Assembly (NCBI GenBank): GCA_002841945.1
Contig: PHBI01000047.1
Span: 5,421-69,420 of the forward strand
Origin: Deltaproteobacteria bacterium HGW-Deltaproteobacteria-14
Lineage (GTDB): Bacteria; Myxococcota_A; UBA9042; PHBI01
Direction: 5' to 3'
DNA: 64,000 nt
Below the pieces are notes generated by a model. That model ran no database searches, was not told the DNA's origin, and saw only the letters and a program-made list of their open reading frames with translations. Of this stretch, positions 56,896 to 64,000 are shown one piece after another. The position numbers and the translations under genes are program-made. The first letter of the stretch is position 1; each line of letters opens with the position of its first letter.

Positions 56896-58638
56896 GTGAG
56901 CGCCAAGATCCCGGTCATCTGGGAGATGCGTCAGCCGGACCCCTCGCAAGTGCGCATGCTAGCGAGGGAGCTCCGCGTGACCGAGCTCGTCGCGTCGCTG
57001 CTCGTCAACCGGGGCCTCGCCGACCTCGCCGAGGCGCGCGCGTTCTTGTCGCCGCGGCTCGGCGCGTTGCCCGACCCGTTCGCGATGAAGGGCATGGAGC
57101 GCGCGGTGGACCGCATCATCGGGGCGCTCGACCGACGCGAGACGATCTGCGTCTGGGGGGACTACGACGTCGACGGGGTGACCTCGGCGGCCCAGCTGAT
57201 CGCGTTCTTCCGGGCGATCGGGGTGGCCGTCCGCAACGTCGTCCCCGACCGCTTCACCGAGGGCTACGGGCTCAACGCGGCGGGGGTCGCGGCGGCCGCC
57301 CAGGCGGGCGCGACCCTCATCATCACGGTCGACTGCGGCATCTCCAACGCCGCCGAGGTCGACGTCGCGTGCGACAACGGCGCCGACGTCATCATCGTGG
57401 ACCACCACCAGGTGCCCGCGACCCTGCCGCGGGCCCACGCCATCTTGAACCCGATGCAGGCGGACTGCGGCTACCCGGACAAGCGCCTCGCGGCGTGCGG
57501 GGTGACCTGGGTCCTGCTCATCGCGCTGCGGTCGCGGCTGCGCGAGCGGGGGTGGTTTCGCGCCCGGGCCGAGCCCGATCTGCGCGACTTCCTCGACCTC
57601 ACCGCCATCGGGACCGTGGCGGACATGGTGCCGCTCATCGGGGTCAACCGCATCATCACGAGCGCCGGGCTCGCGCGCGTGGCGGCGTCGACGCGCCCGG
57701 GGGTGCGGGCGCTGTGCCAGGTCGCCGCCATCCGGCCGGAGCGGGTCAGCGCGGGGGCGGTGGGGTTTCACCTCGGCCCGCGCATCAACGCCGCCGGGCG
57801 GATGGCCCACGCGAGCGCCGGGGTCGCGCTGATGACCACCGAGGACGTGGCCGAGGCGGCGCAGATCGCCGCCGGTGTGGACGCCTACAACCTCGAGCGG
57901 CGGCAGGTCCAGGAGGAGATCTTCCAGGAGGCGGTGCGGCTCGTCGAGGAGGCCGGGGACCCCGGCGCCCGGCGCTCGATCGTGCTCGCGCGGCCCGGCT
58001 GGCACAGCGGGGTGCTCGGTATCGTCGCGTCGAAGCTGGTCGAGCGCTTCCACCGGCCGACCGTGCTGCTGTCCGTCGAGGACGGCCTCGCGAAGGGCTC
58101 GGCGCGCTCGATCAAGGGCTTCCGGCTGGTGGCCCACCTCGAGCTGCTCGCCGAGCACCTCGTGAAGTACGGCGGTCACGATCACGCGGCGGGCATGACC
58201 CTCGAGGTCGGGCGCGTCGACGCCTTCGCCGCGGCGTTCGAGGCGGCGGCGCGGGCGGCGCTCGACGACGCGCACCTGACGCGGCGGCTGCGGCTCGACT
58301 CCGAGGTCCCGCTCGAGTGGCTGTGCGACGCGCTCTACGAGGACACGCGGCGCCTCGCGCCCTACGGGCAGGGCAACCCCGAGCCGACCTTCCTGGCGCG
58401 CGGGGCGTACGTCTTCGAGGCCCGCCTGGTTGGCGAGGATCGGCGCCACGTCAAGCTGCGCTTCGACGGCGGGGCGGGGCGCGCGATCGACGCTATCGCC
58501 TTCGGTCAGGCGGCGGACTGCCCGGCGCCTGGCGATCGCGTCGATCTCGCCTGGATCCCGGAGCTCAACGTGTTCCGTGGGGAGGCGAAGCTCGAGGCGC
58601 GGGTCAAGGCCATGCGCCCTTCGACTCCAGCCGGGTGA
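56896..58638 (+). CDS. recJ: Single-stranded-DNA-specific exonuclease RecJ
   Basis: DHH motifs (ICVWGDYDVDGVTSAA, IITVDCG, IIVDHHQ) plus DHHA1 and an OB-fold C-terminus. Confidence 0.85.
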   Translation: MSAKIPVIWEMRQPDPSQVRMLARELRVTELVASLLVNRGLADLAEARAFLSPRLGALPDPFAMKGMERAVDRIIGALDRRETICVWGDYDVDGVTSAAQLIAFFRAIGVAVRNVVPDRFTEGYGLNAAGVAAAAQAGATLIITVDCGISNAAEVDVACDNGADVIIVDHHQVPATLPRAHAILNPMQADCGYPDKRLAACGVTWVLLIALRSRLRERGWFRARAEPDLRDFLDLTAIGTVADMVPLIGVNRIITSAGLARVAASTRPGVRALCQVAAIRPERVSAGAVGFHLGPRINAAGRMAHASAGVALMTTEDVAEAAQIAAGVDAYNLERRQVQEEIFQEAVRLVEEAGDPGARRSIVLARPGWHSGVLGIVASKLVERFHRPTVLLSVEDGLAKGSARSIKGFRLVAHLELLAEHLVKYGGHDHAAGMTLEVGRVDAFAAAFEAAARAALDDAHLTRRLRLDSEVPLEWLCDALYEDTRRLAPYGQGNPEPTFLARGAYVFEARLVGEDRRHVKLRFDGGAGRAIDAIAFGQAADCPAPGDRVDLAWIPELNVFRGEAKLEARVKAMRPSTPAG

Positions 58639-58693
58639 GCGATTGAGCCGTGCTGACGGAAGTGTTAACCCTGAGCAGCAACGGGAGGGACAC

Positions 58694-59392
58694 GTGAACA
58701 AGGTCTACGCGAACGCGGCCGCGGCCATCTTCGACCTCGCTGACGGGGCGACGCTGATGAGTGGCGGGTTCGGCCTGTGCGGCAACCCCGAGAACCTCAT
58801 CCAGGCGCTCCACGATAGAGGCAGCAAGGACCTCGTCGTCATCTCGAACAACTGCGGGATCGACGACAAGGGGCTCGGGATCCTGCTACAGGCGCGCCAG
58901 ATCCGGAAGATGATCTCGAGCTACGTCGGCGAGAACAAGAACTTCGAGCAGCAGTTTCTCAGCGGCGAGCTCGAGGTGGATCTGGTCCCCCAGGGCACCC
59001 TGGCGGAGCGCATCCGCGCGGGGGGCGCCGGAATCCCTGCCTTCTTCACGCCGACGGGCTTCGGGACGGTGGTCGCTGACGGCAAGGAGACGCGGGTCCT
59101 CGATGGCGTCCCGTGCGTGCTCGAGACCGCGCTGAAGGCCGACTTCGCCTTCGTGAAGGCGTGGAAGGGCGACACCCACGGCAACCTCGTCTACCGGGCG
59201 ACCGCGCGCAACTTCAACCCGATGATGGCGACGGCCGCGCGGGTGACCATCGCCGAGGTCGAGGAGCTCGTGCCCGCCGGCGAGCTCGACCCGGACATGA
59301 TCCACACCCCGGGCATCTACGTGCAGCGCATCTTCACGGGTGTCGACTACGAGAAGCCCATCGAGCAGCGCACCCTGCGGCCGCGGGCGTAA
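58694..59392 (+). CDS. 3-oxoacid CoA-transferase subunit A
   Basis: GTG 58694 follows GGGAGGGA. DGATLMSGGFGLCGNPENLI...ENKNFEQQ...ELVPQGTLAERIRAGGAGIPAFFT are CoA-transferase family I A-subunit motifs. Confidence 0.85.
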   Translation: MNKVYANAAAAIFDLADGATLMSGGFGLCGNPENLIQALHDRGSKDLVVISNNCGIDDKGLGILLQARQIRKMISSYVGENKNFEQQFLSGELEVDLVPQGTLAERIRAGGAGIPAFFTPTGFGTVVADGKETRVLDGVPCVLETALKADFAFVKAWKGDTHGNLVYRATARNFNPMMATAARVTIAEVEELVPAGELDPDMIHTPGIYVQRIFTGVDYEKPIEQRTLRPRA

Positions 59393-59589
59393 CGGCGAGC
59401 GCGACAAGGGGTGAGGGCAAAACAAGATGACCAACCTACCTTTGGATCCGACGCCGCCTGCGCGCCTTCGAAAAGCTCGGAAGGCGCCCGGCCTGCCTTC
59501 GTTTTCGATGACACACAGGCGCCGCCGCCTCCTTTGGCATCTCGGCCATCCCATTTCGACCTCACCCCCAACCTAGGGAGGAACAATAC

Positions 59590-60258
59590 ATGGCGTTGTC
59601 ACGCGAGCAGATCGTCAAGCGCGTCGCCCAGGAGCTCGAGGACGGGTTCTACGTGAACCTCGGGATCGGGATGCCCACGATGGTGGCCAACCACATCCCC
59701 GACGGCGTGCAGGTCGTCCTCCACTCGGAGAACGGCCTCCTCGGCATCGGGCCGTTCCCCTACGAGGGGGACGAGGACCCCGATCTCATCAACGCCGGCA
59801 AGCAGACGGTCACGACGCTTCCCGGGTCGAGCTTCTTCTCGAGCGCGGAGTCCTTCGCGATGATCCGCGGGGGGCACATCGATCTGGCCATCCTCGGGGC
59901 GATGCAGGTCAGCGAGCAGGGGGATCTCGCCAACTGGATGATCCCCGGCAAGATGGTCAAGGGCATGGGCGGGGCCATGGACCTGGTCGCCGGCGCGCGG
60001 CGGGTCATCGTCATCATGAGCCACACCGCCAAGGGGGACGTGCCGAAGCTGCTGCGCGAGTGCGACCTGCCGCTCACCGGCCGCGGCTGCGTCGACCACG
60101 TCCTGACCGAGCTCGGCTGGTTCGACGTGGTCGCCGACGGTGACGCGAAGAAGCTCGTCCTGTCGGAGATCGCGCCGGGCGAGACGGTCGAGGGCGTCCG
60201 GCGCGTCACCGGCGCGCGCTTCGAGGTGGCGGCCGACCTCCGGACGATCGAGGCCTGA
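59590..60258 (+). CDS. 3-oxoacid CoA-transferase subunit B
   Basis: [17 protein letters not shown]...SENG (catalytic Glu region) ...[14 protein letters not shown]...GMGGAMDLV. Confidence 0.85.
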   Translation: MALSREQIVKRVAQELEDGFYVNLGIGMPTMVANHIPDGVQVVLHSENGLLGIGPFPYEGDEDPDLINAGKQTVTTLPGSSFFSSAESFAMIRGGHIDLAILGAMQVSEQGDLANWMIPGKMVKGMGGAMDLVAGARRVIVIMSHTAKGDVPKLLRECDLPLTGRGCVDHVLTELGWFDVVADGDAKKLVLSEIAPGETVEGVRRVTGARFEVAADLRTIEA

Positions 60259-60365
60259 GCCCGCCGCTGTCGACAGGGCCGCCGCCGGTCGCGGGATCGC
60301 TCGGCGCATGGCTCCGCGCGCTCCTCGAGCCGCGCGCCCCGGGGGCCGGCCCCGACGCGCCGCGG

Positions 60366-61271
60366 GTGAAGCCGCTGGCGCTGCTGCTCATGCTGGGGCT
60401 GATCGCGCTGCAGGTGAAGGCGCGCTACGACTGGGGCTTTCTCCACGACAAGCAGTGGCAGGGGCTCCACATCCTGCTCGGCTTCGCGATGTGCTTTGGG
60501 GTGCTGGCGCTCTTTCACGGGCCGTCGCTGCTCGCGCGCATCACCCGCCGGACGTGGCTCGTGCTCGGCTCGGCGACCGGCCTGTTCCTGCTGTTCTGGT
60601 ACTTCGGTCGGATGGACGCCTACGGCCGCTACTGGCACGCGATCATCCCCCACGACGGCCCCTGGGCGCCGCTCTACGCCTTCATGTACTTCGCGCTGTG
60701 TGCGGTGCTCTTTCGGCTCGTGATGCCGTTCATGGGGGCACGCTGGCTGCTCGGGATGCGTCCGGGGGAGCTCGGCCTGCGCGCGTCGCACAACCCGCAC
60801 CCGCCGACCGTCCGGCGGGTCTGGATCGTCTACCTGCTGCTGTTCCTCGGGGTGCTCCCCTTCGTCATCAAGGTCTCGTTCACGGCGGCGTTTCAGGCGA
60901 AGTACCCGATGTGTCGCGACATCGTGTCGCCCGAGGGCGGGATTGCGTTCAGCCACTTCATCGTCTACCAGGCCTTCTACCTGCTGGTCTTCATCTCGGG
61001 AGAGAGCTTCTGGCGCGGCTACCTCACCTTCGGCCTCGAGCGCGACCTCGGGCTCTACGGCCTGGTCCTGATGGTCGTGCCGTACGTCACCGGGCACTTC
61101 GGCAAGCCGTTCCCGGAGACCCTCGGCGCCATCGCGGCCGGGATGACGCTCGGGTTCCTGGCGCTCAAGCACCGCTCGATGTGGCTCGGGGTGGCGGTCC
61201 ACTACGCCGTGGCGCTGTCGATGGATCTCCTGTCGATCCGCGCCAACGGCTTCGTCATCTACCCGGGCTGA
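60366..61271 (+). CDS. CPBP-family intramembrane metalloprotease (CAAX protease/Abi-like)
   Basis: Multiple TM helices. Motif-1-like GESFWRGYL, plus FxxxH and HYAVAL. Confidence 0.7.
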   Translation: MKPLALLLMLGLIALQVKARYDWGFLHDKQWQGLHILLGFAMCFGVLALFHGPSLLARITRRTWLVLGSATGLFLLFWYFGRMDAYGRYWHAIIPHDGPWAPLYAFMYFALCAVLFRLVMPFMGARWLLGMRPGELGLRASHNPHPPTVRRVWIVYLLLFLGVLPFVIKVSFTAAFQAKYPMCRDIVSPEGGIAFSHFIVYQAFYLLVFISGESFWRGYLTFGLERDLGLYGLVLMVVPYVTGHFGKPFPETLGAIAAGMTLGFLALKHRSMWLGVAVHYAVALSMDLLSIRANGFVIYPG

Positions 61272-61284
61272 GGGCGGCACGAGC

Positions 61285-61728
61285 ATGAGCCGGGTCATGG
61301 GCATCGACTTCGGGGAGGCGCGCATCGGCGTGGCGCTGAGCGATCCGACGCGGACGCTGGCGACGCCGCTCACGACGGTCCACGAGAAGGACAAGGGGCT
61401 CCAGATCAGGCGCGTCGCGGCGCTGGCCAGCGAGCATGAGGTCGCGCAGATCGTCGTCGGCATCCCCTACCGACTCGACGGCTCCGTCGGCGACATGGCG
61501 GAGATGGCCGAGAAGTTCGCGGCGAAGCTCGAGGCGACGGTCGGCCTCCCGGTCGCGCGCTGGGACGAGCGCTTCTCCTCGGTCACCGCCGAGGACGCGC
61601 TGCGGGTGGCCGACGGCGGCCGCCGGAAGAAGAGGAAGGGGCAGCACGACAAGGGGCGCATCGACCAGGCGGCGGCCGCGGTGCTGCTACAGGAGTGGCT
61701 CGACGGCGCCGCCCGGAGCGGGGCGTGA
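61285..61728 (+). CDS. ruvX: Holliday-junction resolvase-like RuvX (YqgF)
   Basis: MGIDFGEARIGVALSD...HEVAQIVVGIPYRLDGS...SSVTAE is the YqgF family signature. Confidence 0.85.
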   Translation: MSRVMGIDFGEARIGVALSDPTRTLATPLTTVHEKDKGLQIRRVAALASEHEVAQIVVGIPYRLDGSVGDMAEMAEKFAAKLEATVGLPVARWDERFSSVTAEDALRVADGGRRKKRKGQHDKGRIDQAAAAVLLQEWLDGAARSGA

Positions 61729-62837
61729 GCGCGGCGCGCGCGGGGCGGGGCGCACCGCTGGCCAAGGCGCCGCGGCGGGGGCTGTGGCGGGCGGGGGTGC
61801 TGCTCGTGCTGCTGGGGCTCGTGGTGTTCGCCGGGGTGGCTTACCTCCAGGTGACGGCGCGCCCCGACGGCAACCCGGCGACGGTCGACGTGCAGATCCC
61901 GCGCGGCGCGTCGCGCGACGCGGTGGTGCGGCTCATCGAGGGCGCTCACCTGACCGAGCACCCGACGGCGCTCGACTGGGTGCTGAAGCTCTCGGGGGCC
62001 TACGCGAAGGTGCAGGCCGGCGTGTACACCTTCCCGGGGAACGCCGACGCGCTGAAGATCGCCGACGTCCTGAAGCTGCCGCCGGCGCCGGCCTCGCAGC
62101 TGTCGCTGACGCTCATCCCGGGGGAGACCGTGTGGGAGGCCGCCGACCGCGTCGCGGCGTTGGGGATCGGCAGCGCCGACGCGGTGGTCGCGCTGGCCGC
62201 CGACCACGGCCGGGTGGCCGGTCTCGGCGTGCCGGTCGGGCCGCCGCGGGACCCTCGCCCGGACGGCGTGGGACAGACCTACCTCGAGGGGTTCCTGTTC
62301 CCCGAGACCTACTTCTTGGACGTGGACGCGACGGCGACGGACGCCGTCGAGCGCGCCGTGGCTCACTTCGCGACGGTGTGGGAGCGGCTGCGGACGCGGT
62401 GGCGGAGCGATCTGCTCGCGGTGCGTGCGCGCTACCACCTGAGCGAGCTCGACCTCGTCACGATGGCGTCCCTCGTCGAGGCCGAGGCCCAGGACCCGGG
62501 CGAGGCCGCGCGGATCGCAGGGGTCTTCTACAACCGCCTCGAGAAGGGGATGCGCCTGCAGACGGACCCGACGCTGATGTACCGGTCGGACCGGCAGGGG
62601 AGGGCGCCCACGAAGGCGGACCGCCTCGACGCGACGAACCCGTACAACACCTACGCGATCCCGGGGCTCCCCCCCGGGCCCATCTGCAGCCCGGGTGAGG
62701 GCGCGCTCGTCGCGGCGCTGCGCCCCGAGCGCCACGACCTGCTCTACTTCGTTGCGATGCGGGATGGCACCGGCCGACACGCGTTCGCCAAGACGCTTCA
62801 GGATCATAACGCGAACGTCGACCGCTACCTGAAGTGA
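61725..62837 (+). CDS. mltG: Endolytic murein transglycosylase MltG (YceG family)
   Basis: GTGA overlap with ruvX. N-terminal TM segment. C-terminal YNTYAIPGLPPGPICSPGEGALVAAL is a YceG signature. Confidence 0.85.
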   Translation: MSAARAGRGAPLAKAPRRGLWRAGVLLVLLGLVVFAGVAYLQVTARPDGNPATVDVQIPRGASRDAVVRLIEGAHLTEHPTALDWVLKLSGAYAKVQAGVYTFPGNADALKIADVLKLPPAPASQLSLTLIPGETVWEAADRVAALGIGSADAVVALAADHGRVAGLGVPVGPPRDPRPDGVGQTYLEGFLFPETYFLDVDATATDAVERAVAHFATVWERLRTRWRSDLLAVRARYHLSELDLVTMASLVEAEAQDPGEAARIAGVFYNRLEKGMRLQTDPTLMYRSDRQGRAPTKADRLDATNPYNTYAIPGLPPGPICSPGEGALVAALRPERHDLLYFVAMRDGTGRHAFAKTLQDHNANVDRYLK

Positions 62838-62953
62838 TTCATGTTGCGATGCAGCGGGCGCGTCACGGGGCGGCGATCCCGAGATCGCCCCTCGCTGCGG
62901 CGCGAACGTCGGAAACACCCGAGAATCCGAGGAATACGGCGCGCCTCGTTGCT

Positions 62954-62982
62954 TGACACGGCGCGTCGTGGATCCGTAGACT
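62954..62982 (+). promoter_or_regulatory. Sigma-70-like promoter TTGACA-17-TAGACT upstream of the lipoprotein gene
   Basis: ttgacacggcgcgtcgtggatccgtagact lies ~150 bp upstream of ATG 63130. Confidence 0.4.
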
Positions 62983-63129
62983 CCGCGCCGATTTCAGGCC
63001 CACAGCGTCGCGTCGAGAGTCAGCCACCTGGGCGCTCGTGCGCTTGCGATGGGGACCCGATTTTCGGCATTCTGGCGCGGGTGCAAGCGCGCGCCGGACG
63101 CACCCGCATCACGCAGGACGAGGTTGGAG

Positions 63130-64000
63130 ATGCTCCGCAAGATCGCACTGTTCACGCTCTCGACGTTGGCCGTGGGGCTCATCGCCTGCGGGGATGACAC
63201 CAGCGGGACCACCGACACGGGCGTCGACGCCATCTTCCCCGACGTGATCGGTGGGGACACCGTCAACCTCCCCGACACCAACCAGATCGCCGCCGTGCGC
63301 CGCCTCGAGTTCGAGCAGGCGTTCGGTGACGACCAGATCGCGTGCAAGGGCACCGACCACTGCACCATCTCGATCTCGTACACCGAGCGCCGGACGCTGA
63401 AGGTCCTCTACACCGAGGACGGCGCCGCCACCCCGGGGCAGGTGGTGAAGTTCGCGCTCGAGAACGACGCCGACAACCTCGGCTTCCTCAACACGCTCTC
63501 GAGCGTGACCGACGAGCTCGGGGTCGGGCAGGTCGAGACGAAGTCGCGGGACTCCCACGTGGGTCAGTTCGGCGTGAAGGCGTTCATCGAGAACTCCGAC
63601 ATCCCGGCGCTCCACTTCGACGTGGTGGTGACGCCCAAGGGGCAGGTGCCGCTCACGGTCATCGGCACCTACGCGGGGAGCCGCCCGGTCGGCAACTACA
63701 GCGTCTGGCTCTACAAGCAGAACACGGCGGGCGTCCCGAGCTGCGCGAACCTCCTCGACCTCTTCGAGAACGCCACGGCGGCGCAGTCCAAGGACAACAT
63801 CCAGCTGACCCAGTCGGCGAAGTTCCCCGCCTTCGACAACCTCGAGACCGAGACCCCGCAGAAGTACACGATCTTCCTCTTCTCGAAGAACCAGAACGAC
63901 GCCATCCAGGCGTGGGGCTGCAACGACACCCAGGGCATCGTCGAGTACGCCAAGTCGACGACGGTCGAGGTCGAGCTCATCGACCGCGCGCCGGTCTACG
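63130..64000 (+). CDS. Hypothetical lipoprotein (partial, continues past the window end)
   Basis: ATG 63130 gives MLRKIALFTLSTLAVGLIACGDD (lipobox). High GC3 to the window end. Confidence 0.5.
   Translation, partial: MLRKIALFTLSTLAVGLIACGDDTSGTTDTGVDAIFPDVIGGDTVNLPDTNQIAAVRRLEFEQAFGDDQIACKGTDHCTISISYTERRTLKVLYTEDGAATPGQVVKFALENDADNLGFLNTLSSVTDELGVGQVETKSRDSHVGQFGVKAFIENSDIPALHFDVVVTPKGQVPLTVIGTYAGSRPVGNYSVWLYKQNTAGVPSCANLLDLFENATAAQSKDNIQLTQSAKFPAFDNLETETPQKYTIFLFSKNQNDAIQAWGCNDTQGIVEYAKSTTVEVELIDRAPVY

Noticed and set aside
56959-58701. 580-aa minus ORF
   Set aside because: Antisense to recJ.
59760-61463. 567-aa minus ORF and + ORF 60140..61288
   Set aside because: Antisense or alternative frame of the scoB/CPBP/ruvX genes.
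61467-62918. 483-aa minus ORF
   Set aside because: Antisense to mltG.
1-64000. CRISPR arrays, rRNA genes, transposases/IS elements, integrases
   Set aside because: No regular repeat-spacer arrays, no rRNA-like conserved stretches, and no transposase- or integrase-like ORFs were seen. The only dispersed repeat is the ~100-bp element reported above.

Overview
This is a ~70% GC bacterial chromosome segment. Its gene content and style (MopE-like Cys-rich lipoproteins, many secreted lipoproteins, GTG starts, 4-bp overlapping starts) resemble a myxobacterial (Myxococcota) genome. The dense six-frame ORF track is mostly antisense or alternative-frame artefacts of the high GC. I called genes where high third-position GC, signal peptides or RBS, and recognisable family motifs agree.

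Supported housekeeping content: a recC-recB-recD operon (12.2-21.1 kb) with a divergent WYL-domain regulator; a 2-Cys peroxiredoxin; coaBC; a family-4 uracil-DNA glycosylase; two tandem HU paralogues; queA-tgt-yajC-secD-secF; recJ; CoA-transferase subunits A and B; a CPBP protease; ruvX; mltG; and a tRNA-Thr(CGT).

Accessory content: a hemerythrin / CBS / Crp-Fnr / small-alarmone-hydrolase-like HD / WYL regulatory cluster; a DUF4266-DUF3570-ApbE envelope module with an adjacent frameshifted thioredoxin-like gene; a translationally coupled secreted vWA / VIT-vWA / beta-propeller operon; a 1500-aa lipase-like hydrolase carrying five Cys-rich + PPC modules; a SNF2/SWIM helicase; a D-aminoacylase; a GST; and several Cys-rich or repeat-bearing lipoproteins.

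Structure the gene calls do not explain: a ~100-bp dispersed repeat (at least 3 copies) sitting at gene 3' ends and read through as C-terminal extensions; a TGTGAAC-N3-GTTCA palindrome shared by the hemerythrin and WYL/recC promoters; a minus-strand intrinsic terminator implying an sRNA in an AT-rich island upstream of queA; two apparent 1-nt frameshifts; and short AT-rich codon patches inside otherwise GC-saturated genes.

No rRNA, CRISPR array or transposase was seen.
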